From Eledone cirrhosa (lineage: Eukaryota): DNA of 64,000 bases. The notes beneath the pieces were generated by a model. The model searched no databases. It was not told the origin of the DNA and saw only the letters and a list, made by a program, of their open reading frames with translations. A program made the position numbers and the translations under genes. Of this stretch, positions 14,480-28,700 are shown one piece after another; within the stretch, counting starts at the first letter, position 1, and every line of letters begins with the position of its first letter. The DNA is taken from the NCBI GenBank assembly GCA_964016885.1, contig OZ024756.1, positions 26,908,001 to 26,972,000 on the forward strand. The letters are read 5' to 3'.

Positions 14480-14562
14480 TATTGGGTCGTCAAGTATGAA
14501 ATTTGTAGAAATTTTGTTTTTTTACTAGAATTTCTACAAATTCCATACTTGACGACCCAATA
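14480..14562. repeat. Small fold-back with ~33-bp arms
   Basis: TATTGGGTCGTCAAGTATGAAATTTGTAGAAATT versus AATTTCTACAAATTCCATACTTGACGACCCAATA. Confidence 0.9.
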
Positions 14563-14819
14563 ATTATTAGTGGTTTCTCAGATTTCAAACATTTCCGCTT
14601 TACTCAACTTTCGTATCTAATTTTATCTTTTATTTTTATTAAATACTTGAAAAAAAAAGAAAAACAAAAATAAAAAAAAGATTTTGCGATTTTAAAATTG
14701 TTAAACTTCGTCTAAAATAATATCACACCTTTCTTTATCCTCTCCACACTATCTCTTAAGCTCACATACCTGTGCTTAGCCTTTGGTTAGTCTACAACCA
14801 CAGGCTTCCTATAGACAGT

Positions 14820-15283
14820 TCGTCACGCATGAACGGCGAAAAAAGTTAATTCCTTGAATTTATCCTGAAATTGCATAATAATGCTTGTCTAAATTCAAGA
14901 AATGAACTGTTTTCGCGTTGTCCACACGTCTGGAAACATCTCTTGCGTAATTACAAAGCTCCACACTGACTAGCATGAGCAATCTATAATATTCTGGACT
15001 GAATAACATGAATAATCTATTTTTATTCTGAGTATCCACAGTTGTCTCCCTAGCACCGATCCAACGTGGGTTACTTCCCCTTTGTGAAATGAGTTTCTGC
15101 ACATGCGTACTTGTACAATTGTTTTTCCTCTTCCGTACAATCTCATTTAAACCGAGCTGATGATCCGAATCAGGTGAAAAAATTCTTCTCGGAAATGATG
15201 AATTAACTGTTGTGGAACTACTAACAAACTCGTCCCGTGGACTGAGTGCTCTACTACTACGGATATAACCCTTCAGTGTTTAC

Positions 15284-15290
<7 letters not shown>
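14820..15290 (+). mobile_element. Degenerate PLE 3' end: endonuclease C-terminus, 3' UTR and HHR
   Basis: 14889-14969 reads LNSRNELFSRCPHVWKHLLRNYKAPH*, the LNxRxE..CxH tail of PLE GIY-YIG endonucleases. An HHR follows at 15152 and the element ends in (TA)n. Confidence 0.65.
15152..15192 (+). ncRNA. Minimal type I hammerhead ribozyme with degenerate stem III
   Basis: CCGAG-CTGATGA-tCCgaatcaGGt-GAAA-aaattctt-CTCGG. Homologous to 19752-19789. Confidence 0.65.
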
Positions 15291-15374
<84 letters not shown>

Positions 15375-15375
<1 letters not shown>

Positions 15376-15680
15376 AAATATTGAAACAAACCGAACATTA
15401 TAATAAATGTTCGGTAAACCCATACGTACATATATATATATATGTGTGCATAAGGAAAGTATATACTTTCAAACGTTCAATCATCTGACAGAAAGGTATA
15501 CGGTGCTGACGATAACAAATAAGTTTGAAACTAGTTCATCGTTCCTTTGTCAGTGTTGAACAAAAGGGCAACGATGGTTGCCGAACACTGTACGGCTTAA
15601 TTCGGGCTGTTTGTTTACAAACAAACCGAACATTATAACAAATGTTCGGTAAGCCCATACGTACATATATATATATATGT
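15375..15680 (+). mobile_element. Retrozyme-like monomer of 235 nt with ~55-nt terminal redundancy
   Basis: AAACAAACCGAACATTATAA.AAATGTTCGGTAA.CCCATACGTACATAT at 15384 and 15619, with an HHR between the copies. Confidence 0.8.
15485..15553 (+). ncRNA. Type I hammerhead ribozyme
   Basis: CGGTG-CTGACGA-tAACaaataaGTTt-GAAAC-TA-GTT-CATCG. Stem I extends as CTGACAgAAAGG/CCTTTGTCAG. Confidence 0.85.
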
Positions 15681-15817
15681 GCATGTATGTATATATATAT
15701 ACATACTACTGTACGTCTGTATACATATATGTATGTACGTATACATACTTATATTTAGGTATCAGCCGTACTAAGAGTGAGAAATGAAATTTCATTTTTT
15801 TCCATTTATATATATAT

Positions 15818-15892
<75 letters not shown>

Positions 15893-16041
15893 TAAATAAT
15901 TACAACAGTAACATAAACAGGTACTCAAGTTTCGTTGGGTTATGGGTCTCAATTCCTTCAGCCTGTTATGAGAAAAATAAAACTCGCACTATGGACTGAA
16001 TGCTCTTACTCTTGGATATTTCCACTTAACTTTTACTTCAG

Positions 16042-16113
<72 letters not shown>

Positions 16114-17072
16114 AATGGGCCACTGGCACATCGAATGTGCTCAGGCGCCCACAACCCTCTGGCAGGCGGATCCGGCGATCAGTGGTGACTCCACTTCGTC
16201 ATTCTATAGAGGGTTGATCCGCAGCAAGTGCGACGACGCGCTCGGTGAAACTCGAGGCGTAGAGGAAGATGAACTGGCAAGTCTGTTCGGTAGGACTTTC
16301 CGCCCGGGACCGATGGACAACTTCCAAAAGTCCCTGGCCTGGCAGTGCTACCGAGGAGCTCGACCAGTTCGAGACAAGCTCTACAGACATGGGCGCCCGG
16401 GCAGGGACCCTGCAAAAAAGATCTGTCCGAGGTGCGTGCGAGACGAAGAAACCGTCGCGCACGCATTCATACACTGCCCGGGCGTCACTGACCTGTGGGG
16501 CTATGTAGAACGACTATTGTCGCGGGTGGGACCAATCCGGTTGACCACCGAGTCCATTGTCATGATCAAACCACCACCCTCCTTCAAAAACGAAGGAGAG
16601 GCGGTTTTCCTTTGTGTGATAGCTATGGCGAAAGAGGTTGTATGGTGGACAAGGTTGAAAGGGCTGAGGTCAGACACCTTTCTCTCCGGCCAACAACTGA
16701 TTCTTTTTTTCAAATACCACTTTGGAAGAAGAATCAGGATGGAGAGAGAGGTGCTGTACCCCAGCAAGTTTTATGAAAGGTGGGTGAAAGTGGCGAGAAT
16801 GGCCTGAGTGAATGGGCCTTCTCTCTATATCAGCCTGTAGGTTGAGGAAAGAGAGGAAGGGGGTACAAACTCTTCGTACTCCTGGAGATGAGGGTTGCAC
16901 ATTTTTTCGGGAGTATGTGTTACCCATATGAACTGTCTCCCCCTATTGGGGAAAATCGACTAATTTTTAAATTGCATTTGTGATAATATTTTACACGTTT
17001 TTATTGTATGTAAACTTCCCCCTTTGTATTTGTCCCCTTCTTTTGTGCCCCTGTGGCTAATAAAGAAACATA
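16114..17072 (+). mobile_element. 5'-truncated Tx1/L1-clade LINE (ORF2 C-terminus and 3' UTR)
   Basis: Open to 16807 with a zf-RVT-type knuckle W..YRGARPVRDKL..CPRC..EETVAHAFIHCP..W. Ends AATAAAGAAA. Flanked by (TATC)n and (TC)n. Confidence 0.88.
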
Positions 17073-17096
17073 TCTCTCTCTCTCTCTCCCTCTCTC

Positions 17097-17186
<90 letters not shown>

Positions 17187-17283
17187 TAAGCAAAAGGGAT
17201 ATTTAATTTGTTGGTAATTCAACAAATATATATGTTTGTAATTGATTCGAAGCACTCGACAAGTTTCCATTTATTAATATCAT

Positions 17284-17370
<87 letters not shown>

Positions 17371-17409
17371 TACACACACACATATATACGAACACACACA
17401 CATACACTG

Positions 17410-17488
<79 letters not shown>

Positions 17489-17955
17489 AGAACAGACATA
17501 TATACACATATATATGTACATACGTGTGGTCTGTATGCACAAGTATACAAGTATATATGTTTATGTGCGTATGACTGGTATATCGGTACCGTACCATCAA
17601 TTTCTAACGCTACTGATAACACATATAACAGTTTTGTAGGAGGCTACCTAAACTGTGAAAAGAACAGATATATATATTATTAAGAGATAACGGCTTCCCT
17701 TAAACATTTCGTATTATATTACAGATTATAGATAATTCTCTCCAGGGAATTTTCTATATATATGGGTTGATATGCCTGTGTATAAGTGTATAATTGGAGG
17801 GAGAGCAAGAGATCTGGGTGTATGTATACTTGAATGCATGTTGGTGTTGTAAGTTCTTATGTGCGTTCTTACGTGTGCATGTGTATGCGTCCAATTTTAC
17901 ACAGACATCTAAATCTGTATATATATGTATATATATATACATACCCCCCCCCCCC

Positions 17956-18049
<94 letters not shown>

Positions 18050-18184
18050 GTATGTATGTATATAGATATACATATATATATATACATATATATACATATA
18101 TGTATATATATGTATGTCTGTATATATATATATATATATATATAGTTAATGCGTCTTTTTATGTGTGTGTATGTGTGTATGTGT

Positions 18185-18227
<43 letters not shown>

Positions 18228-18390
18228 ATGCGTCTTTTTATGTGTGTGTATGTGTGTATGTGTCCATATATATATACTTTTCATTTATATATATATATAT
18301 ATATACGATATTAACAAAAACTTGTCGAGTGCTTTATATCAGTTATAAAATATTTACTTGTTGTAACCCAACAATTTTAAATAAAACTTT

Positions 18391-18454
<64 letters not shown>

Positions 18455-19103
18455 TATATATATATGGATTTAAATCTCTGTATATAATTGGAGGGAGTGG
18501 AATAGATTTGGGTACATGTACACTTGAATGTTAGTGTATGTTTTATGTGTGTATGTGTGTGCGTGTGACCGTATACACCCCCCACCCCACACACACATAT
18601 ATATATATGGGTTTATATGTCTGTGTATAACTGGAGAGAGTACAATGGATCTGGGTGTATGTATACTTCAGTGCATGTTAGTGTATATCATGTGTCTATG
18701 TAATTGTTTTATACGAATATATATATATATATATATACGTTAAAGTATGATTAGTGATGGAATGTTGTTCTGTCATATATGTGTGTCTGTGTGTGATGCG
18801 AAAACATCACCTATAGTTGGGTGTTTACAGAACATGCCGTCTGAAAGAGACAGAAAGAGACAGGGTGTAGGAGAGAAAGAGAAGGAGAAAGTTAAATAGA
18901 TGGTTTTTATCTACAGACATATAGATAAGATATTACAGGCCCTTGCAGATAAATTGAGAGCAATATTATACAGTTGACTTAGTTGTTTAACATTTCATTT
19001 TTTGACAAAACCTTGCTTGCTTGAAAATCTAATCCTCCTCTTTATTTTTCGGGTAAATAGCGAACTGATTGGACAAAAGAAAGTCATGGAACAACAGAAC
19101 CAT

Positions 19104-19134
<31 letters not shown>

Positions 19135-19201
19135 AAAGAGATGAAATCGAAAATGCAACTGAAGTCTTATTTTTTTAAAAAATATATATATTTATTTGGT
19201 T

Positions 19202-19239
19202 CCTTTACCGGTTTCGCAGTTCTTCTGCTTTTCAAAAGG
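19202..19239 (-). ncRNA. Minimal hammerhead ribozyme with a U3-A8 variant core
   Basis: Minus strand: CCTT-TTGAAAA-GCAGaagaaCTGC-GAAA-CCGG-TA-AAGG. Confidence 0.8.
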
Positions 19240-19274
19240 TGAGTTGAGATGGAGGGTCTGTGGGTTTTCTCACA

Positions 19275-19338
<64 letters not shown>

Positions 19339-19484
19339 CGTTTCTGAATTTGTTTAGCAAGATTCTTTATCTGAAAACGTGTGTTGAAACCGATATTGTT
19401 ATACTTTGGGAGAACACACACAAAAAACAAGATGGCGTAGGACAGAACAAAGGAGAAGCACAAAAACAAAGAAAGGAATCCCCA

Positions 19485-19527
19485 GTCACTGAAGAGGTCA
19501 CAGGATGTGTGACGAAAGAACTTTGAC
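19485..19527 (+). ncRNA. Minimal type I hammerhead ribozyme
   Basis: GTCA-CTGAAGA-gGTCACAggatgTGTGAC-GAAAG-AA-CTT-TGAC. Confidence 0.8.
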
Positions 19528-19751
19528 AATATATGAACAATCGTCTGGTTGTGGAACAAACCAACCGGAAATTTATAAATTCCTAAATTTATAAATTTAA
19601 TTTATAATAAATTGAAGTGAAAGCAACTGGTGCGTGTATTTCTTATATGTATATATATAGTGGTAGAACACTGGAAGGTAATATCCGTAGTGGCAGAGCA
19701 CTCAGTCCATGGGACGAGTTAGGTAGAAGTGGTTACTTAACAGTTAGTAAA

Positions 19752-19789
19752 CGAGCTGAGGATCCGTTAAGGTGAAACAATTGTTCTCG
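19752..19789 (+). ncRNA. Minimal hammerhead ribozyme within the inverted-tail insertion 19658-19820
   Basis: CGAG-CTGAGGA-tCCgttaaGGt-GAAAC-AATT-GTT-CTCG. The segment 19658-19749 is a diverged reverse complement of 15200-15285. Confidence 0.78.
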
Positions 19790-19816
19790 GTATGGTGAAC
19801 TAACTGTTGAGTAACC

Positions 19817-19896
<80 letters not shown>

Positions 19897-20104
19897 ACAC
19901 ACACACACATATATATATATATATGTATTTATATGTGTGTGTGTGCGTGTGTGTGTATGTGTGTGCGTGTGCGCGTGTGTGTGTATATATATATATATAT
20001 ATTTAAAGGAACGATCGACTTTCGTCAAATCGGACCGAGGGAACAATGTTTCCGTTGGTCTTTCCAATTGCTAATACTAACTATCGGTCGCAACTCCAGG
20101 TAGA

Positions 20105-20227
20105 AGGAGCAACGTGAAATAAAGTGTCTTGCTCAAGGACATAACGCATCGCCTGGTCCAGGAATCGAACTCACAACCTTACGATTGCGAATCCAATTCT
20201 CTAACCACTCAGCCACACGCCTTCACT
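20105..20227 (-). mobile_element. SINE family B head
   Basis: Minus strand has box A GTGGCTGAGTGG, box B GAGTTCGATTCC, then TGTCCTTGAGCAAGACACTTT. Confidence 0.8.
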
Positions 20228-20484
20228 ATATATATATATATTTACAATCACGCCATGTGTTCCAACCCACTGTTCTGGTCTCTAGCCCTCCTCGTTTCCT
20301 GAAGATTGCTTCAGGGCATTAACTGTTTAATGAGATGTCAGGCTGACTCTATTAAATCTATCCAATGAATTTCCTGTACTCGAGGTATTGAATTCATTTT
20401 GGGTTGTCGGTTAAAATATTTTGTAAGTAGAAATATATGCAAAAACACAGTCCCATAACTATATATAGATATATATCTGATTAA

Positions 20485-20732
20485 CTTTTTCAAGTTTCAC
20501 TTGAAGAGGAAAATCAGGGTGGAAAGGCAAGTGCTGTCTTCTAGTAAGTTTGTTGAAAGGTGAGTGAAAGTGGCGAATCTGGTCCGAGTGAACGGACCCA
20601 CGGACCCACTCTGAGTATGCGACTGTAGACTGAGGAGTAGGAAAACTGAGAGAGGGCGCTTGCCCTGGTGGTCAGGGTGGCCGTAGTCTTTTGTGTAGTT
20701 TTCGCCATGAGTGACCCTCGGAAGCTTCCCCC
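20485..20732 (+). mobile_element. Diverged Tx1/L1 3' fragment
   Basis: AAGTTTGTTGAAAGGTGAGTGAAAGTGGCGA aligns with 16767-16800. Confidence 0.7.
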
Positions 20733-20902
<170 letters not shown>

Positions 20903-20948
20903 AATAAAGCCCTTATTGTATAGCAAACCATGTCACTCTTCTTTCTTG

Positions 20949-20985
<37 letters not shown>

Positions 20986-21141
20986 AACCACTCTACTACC
21001 CTAAGTATTGAGTACTTTGGTGCGTTATGGTCCACCTGGTTCCTTACCACATTTCCTTCGTTATATATATATATATATATTATATATATTTATACATATA
21101 TATATATTCTCACATATATGTGCGTATGTGTGTATACATAT

Positions 21142-21192
<51 letters not shown>

Positions 21193-21296
21193 CACACATA
21201 TATATACATATTCACATATATATATAATATATATATACATATTCATATATATATATATATATACATATTCATATATATATAATATATATATACATA

Positions 21297-21332
<36 letters not shown>

Positions 21333-21713
21333 ATGATAATTAATTCGAAGATGATATAACGCGGTCATTACATTTTGCAGCCAGCCCCACTCTAGTGAAA
21401 TCAATGCGGTTGATATACAGGGTAAACCTCCTCAGACAGAGTAGTGGAACATGAGGGGAAGGCAGGGTTTACAAATGCTTGCAGTATTAGGTGTTTAGTT
21501 TCAGGCTACAGAATTTATAAAATAATCTCTATAACTTAAATATCAGGTAAGCATGGAAATATATAGTATAATATATTACTATTTAATTAGAGCAGAGAAA
21601 CCCGAACAGTTGTAGTACTCAATATATATAGTAGAGTGTGTATATACATATATATATATATATATATGTACGTATATGTATCTATACACATATACACACA
21701 CAGACACACACAC

Positions 21714-21779
<66 letters not shown>

Positions 21780-21782
21780 AGA

Positions 21783-21880
21783 AGTACTATACCCGCTACC
21801 CAAGATCGAAACCGTGTACGATTGGTACCAGAATTATCGGCAACACTCTTACCAACTAGACCACCAGACAAGTCTACCAT
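21783..21880 (-). mobile_element. tRNA-like SINE head or tRNA pseudogene fragment
   Basis: Minus strand has TGGTCTAGTTGGTAAGA (box A) and GGTTTCGATCT (box B-like). Confidence 0.45.
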
Positions 21881-21903
21881 ACATATATATATATATATAT
21901 ACG

Positions 21904-21957
<54 letters not shown>

Positions 21958-22517
21958 TATATATGTATTATAAAAACTACCCGGTTGAGTGCTTATTCGA
22001 TTTGTGCTATCTATGCAATTTTTTTGCATGATATACACATACTGAATTCATTTGCCAAAATCTGGGGTTTTTCTCCTTGTGAATTACACATGTGCTTTTA
22101 CAAAGCTCTACGTCATTCACAAAGTTGGTGCAGAGCAAAATACCTGTTGATAACGTGATATTCCTTGTTCGATCATTATGCTAAAAGCTTATAGTTTTAA
22201 GCAGACAGTATTATTGATTTAGGTCCCATAGAAACCCTGCATTTAGAATTTACCATCAATTCCATTTCGGTCCAGGTCTGTTTTTATCATTTATTTTGTT
22301 TGACCTGTTTAGCTTGATTTGTTTTTTGGCTTAGGTGGTTAATGCCTTCTTGACCACTTTTTCAGTTTGTATGGCGTTTTAACATATTGTTTAGCTCTAG
22401 CTTTTTAACTATTGAGCGCTTGCCAGCATAACTTTGATTTTTGCGTTTCATTTCGCTTTTTCAACCCGCCGAAATACGATTCTCGCTGAATTTATATATA
22501 TATACGTATATATATAC

Positions 22518-22607
<90 letters not shown>

Positions 22608-22651
22608 TTGTGTGTGTGTGAATGTATGTGTGTTTGTGTGTATACATATGT

Positions 22652-22698
<47 letters not shown>

Positions 22699-22716
22699 TA
22701 GATATGTATACATATG

Positions 22717-22754
<38 letters not shown>

Positions 22755-22784
22755 TACACACACGTATATATATATTTAACTCTA

Positions 22785-25700
22785 ACCCAACATCAACTAC
22801 ACCACCAACCACAATACCAATTATAACATCAACCACAACTCCATTCATAACACCAACAACACCAACAACAACACCAACCACAACACCAACAACCACAACA
22901 CCAACCACAACACCAACAACAACACCAATCACAACACCAACAACCACAACACCAACCACAACACCAACAACAACACCAACAGCAACAACAACCACAACAC
23001 CAACCACAAACCAACCACAACACCAACAACAACAACAACCACAACACCAACCACAACACCAACCACAAACCAACCACAACACCAACCACAACACCAACCA
23101 CAACACCAACAACAACAACAACCACAACACCAACCACAAACCAACCACAACACCAACCACAACACCAACAACAACAACAACCACAACACCAACAACAACA
23201 ACAACCACAACACCAACCGCAACACCAACCACAAACCAACCACAACACCAACAACAACAACAACCACAACACCAACCGCAACACCAACCACAACACCAAC
23301 CACAACACCAACCACAACACCAACAACAACAACAACCACAACACCAACCACAACACCAACAACAACAACAACCACAACACCAACCACAACACCAACCACA
23401 ACACCAACAACAACAACAACCACAACACCAACAACAACAACCACAACACCAACCACAACACCAATCACAACACCAACCACAACACCAACCACAACACCAA
23501 CCACAACACCAACCACAACACCAACCACAACACCAACCACAACACCAACCACAACACCAACCACAACACCAACCACAACACCAACAACAACAACAACCAC
23601 AACACCAACAACAACAACAACCACAACACCAACAACAACAACAACCACAACACCAACAACAACAACAACCACAACACCAACCACAACACCAACCACAACA
23701 CCAACAACAACAACAACCACAACACCAACAACAACACCAACAACAACACCAACCACAACACCAACCACAACACCAACCACAACACCAACAACAACAACCA
23801 CAACACCAACCACAACACCAACCACAACACCAACCACAACACCAACAACAACAACAACCACAACACCAACCACAACACCAACCACAACACCAACCACAAC
23901 ACCAACAACAACAACAACCACAACACCAATCACAACACCAACAACAACAACAACCACAACACCAATTACAACACCAACCACAACACCAACCACAACACCA
24001 ACAACAACAACAACAACAACCACAACACCAACCACAACACCAACCACAACACCAACAACAACAACAACAACAACCACAACACCAACAACAACAACAACCA
24101 CAACACCAACAACAACAACAACCACAACACCAACAACAACAACAACCACAACACCAACCACAACACCAACCACAACACCAACAACAACAACAACCACAAC
24201 ACCAACAACAACACCAACAACAACACCAACCACAACACCAACCACAACACCAACCACAACACCAACAACAACAACCACAACACCAACCACAACACCAACC
24301 ACAACACCAACCACAACACCAACAACAACAACAACCACAACACCAACCACAACACCAACCACAACACCAACCACAACACCAACAACAACAACAACCACAA
24401 CCACAACACCAACCACAACACCAACAACAACAACAACACCAACCACAACACCAATCACAACACCAACAACAACACCAACAACAACACCAACCACAACACC
24501 AACAACAACAACCACAACACCAACCACAACACCAACCACAACACCAACAACAACAACAACCACAACACCAACCACAACACCAACCACAACACCAACCACA
24601 ACACCAACCACAACACCAACCACAACACCAACAACAACAACCACAACACCAACCACAACACCAACCACAACACCAACCACAACACCAACAACAACAACAA
24701 CCACAACACCAACCACAACACCAACCACAACACCAACCACAACACCAACAACAACAACCACAACACCAACCACAACACCAACCACAACACCAACCACAAC
24801 ACCAACAACAACAACAACAACAACAACACCCACAACACCAACCACAACACCAACAACAACAACAACACCAACCACAACACCAATCACAACACCAACAACA
24901 ACACCAACAACAACACCAACCACAACACCAACAACAACAACCACAACACCAACCACAACACCAACCACAACACCAACCACAACACCAACAACAACAACAA
25001 CCACAACACCAACCACAACACCAACCACAACACCAACCACAACACCAACCACAACACCAACCACAACACCAACAACAACAACCACAACACCAACCACAAC
25101 ACCAACCACAACACCAACCACAACACCAACCACAACACCAACCACAACACCAACCACAACACCAACAACAACAACAACCACAACACCAATCACAACACCA
25201 ACAACAACAACAACCACAACACCAATTACAACACCAACCACAACACCAACCACAACACCAATTACAACACCAACCACAACACCAACCACAACACCAACCA
25301 CAACACCAACCACAACACCAACAACAACAACAACCACAACACCAACAACAACAACAACCACAACACCAACCACAAACCAACCACAACACCAACCACAACA
25401 CCAACAACAACAACAACCACAACACCAACAACAACAACAACCACAACACCAACAACAACAACAACCACAACACCAGCAGCAACACCAACAACAACAACAA
25501 CCACAACACCAACCACAACACCAACCACAACACCAACCACAACACCAACAACAACAACAACCACAACACCAACAACAACAACAACCACAACACCAACAAC
25601 AACAACAACCACAACACCAGCAGCAACACCAACAACAACAACAACCACAACACCAACCACAACACCAACCACAACACCAACCACAACACCAACCACAACA

Positions 25701-28700
25701 CCAACAACAACAACAACCACAACACCAACAACAACAACAACCACAACACCAGCAGCAACACCAACCACAACACCAACAACAACAACAACCACAACACCAA
25801 CAACAACACCAACAACAACACCAACCACAACACCAACCACAACACCAACCACAACACCAACAACAACAACCACAACACCAACCACAACAACAACCACAAC
25901 ACCAACAACAACAACAACCACAACACCAACCACAACACCAACCGCAACACCAACCACAACACCAACCACAACACCAACCACAACACCAACCACAACACCA
26001 ACCACAACACCAACAACAACAACAACCACAACACCAACCACAACACCAACCACAACACCAACCACAACACCAACCACAACACCAACCACAACACCAACAA
26101 CAACAACAACCACAACACCAACCACAACACCAACCACAACACCAACCACAACACCAACCACAACACCAACCACAACACCAACAACAACAACAACCACAAC
26201 ACCAACCACAACACCAACCACAACACCAACAACAACAACAACCACAACACCAACAACAACAACAACCACAACACCAACCACAACACCAACCGCAACACCA
26301 ACCACAACACCAACCACAACACCAACCACAACACCAACCACAACACCAACCACAACACCAACCACAACACCAACCACAACACCAACCACAACACCAACCA
26401 CAACACCAACAACAACAACAACCACAACACCAACCACAACACCAACCACAACACCAACCACAACACCAACAACAACAACAACCACAACACCAACCACAAC
26501 ACCAACCACAACACCAACCACAACACCAACCACAACACCAACCACAACACCAACAACAACAACAACCACAACACCAACCACAACACCAACCACAACACCA
26601 ACCACAACACCAACCACAACACCAACCACAACACCAACAACAACAACAACCACAACACCAACAACAACAACAACCACAACACCAACCACAACACCAACCG
26701 CAACACCAACCACAACACCAACCACAACACCAACCACAACACCAACCACAACACCAACCACAACACCAACCACAACACCAACCACAACACCAACCACAAC
26801 ACCAACCACAACACCAACAACAACAACAACCACAACACCAACCACAACACCAACCACAACACCAACCACAACACCAACAACAACAACAACCACAACACCA
26901 ACCACAACACCAACCACAACACCAACCACAACACCAACCACAACACCAACCACAACACCAACAACAACAACAACCACAACACCAACAACAACAACAACCA
27001 CAACACCAACCACAACACCAACCGCAACACCAACCACAACACCAACCACAACACCAACCACAACACCAACCACAACACCAACCACAACACCAACCACAAC
27101 ACCAACCACAACACCAACCACAACACCAACCACAACACCAACAACAACAACAACCACAACACCAACCACAACACCAACCACAACACCAACCACAACACCA
27201 ACAACAACAACAACCACAACACCAACCACAACACCAACCACAACACCAACCACAACACCAACCACAACACCAACCACAACACCAACAACAACAACAACCA
27301 CAACACCAACCACAACACCAACCACAACACCAACCACAACACCAACCACAACACCAACCACAACACCAACAACAACAACAACCACAACACCAACCACAAC
27401 ACCAACCACAACACCAACCACAACACCAACAACAACAACAACCACAACACCAACCACAACACCAACAACAACAACAACCACAACACCAACCACAACACCA
27501 ACCACAACACCAACCACAACACCAACCACAACACCAACCACAACACCAACCACAACACCAACAACAACAACAACCACAACACCAACCACAACACCAACCA
27601 CAACACCAACCACAACACCAACCACAACACCAACAACAACAACAACCACAACACCAACCACAACACCAACCACAACACCAACAACAACACCAACCACAAC
27701 ACCAACCACAACACCAGCAGCAACACCAACCACAACACCAACCACAACACCAACCACAACACCAACAACAACAACAACCACAACACCAACCACAACACCA
27801 ACCACAACACCAACCACAACACCAACAACAACAACAACCACAACACCAACCACAACACCAACAACAACAACAACCACAACACCAACCACAACACCAACCA
27901 CAACACCAACCACAACACCAACCACAACACCAACCACAACACCAACCACAACACCAACCACAACAACAACCACAACACCAACAACAACAACAACCACAAC
28001 ACCAACCACAACACCAACCGCAACACCAACCACAACACCAACCACAACACCAACCACAACACCAACCACAACACCAACCACAACACCAACCACAACACCA
28101 ACAACAACAACAACCACAACACCAACCACAACACCAACCACAACACCAACCACAACACCAACCACAACACCAACCACAACACCAACCACAACACCAACCA
28201 CAACACCAACCACAACACCAACCACAACACCAACCACAACACCAACCACAACACCAACCACAACACCAACCACAACACCAACCACAACACCAACAACAAC
28301 AACAACCACAACACCAACCACAACACCAACCACAACACCAACCACAACACCAACCACAACACCAACCACAACACCAACAACAACAACAACCACAACACCA
28401 ACCACAACACCAACCACAACACCAACCACAACACCAACAACAACAACAACCACAACACCAACCACAACACCAACAACAACAACAACCACAACACCAACCA
28501 CAACACCAACCACAACACCAACCACAACACCAACCACAACACCAACCACAACACCAACCACAACACCAACAACAACAACAACCACAACACCAACCACAAC
28601 ACCAACCACAACACCAACCACAACACCAACAACAACAACAACCACAACACCAACCACAACACCAACAACAACAACAACCACAACACCAACCACAACACCA

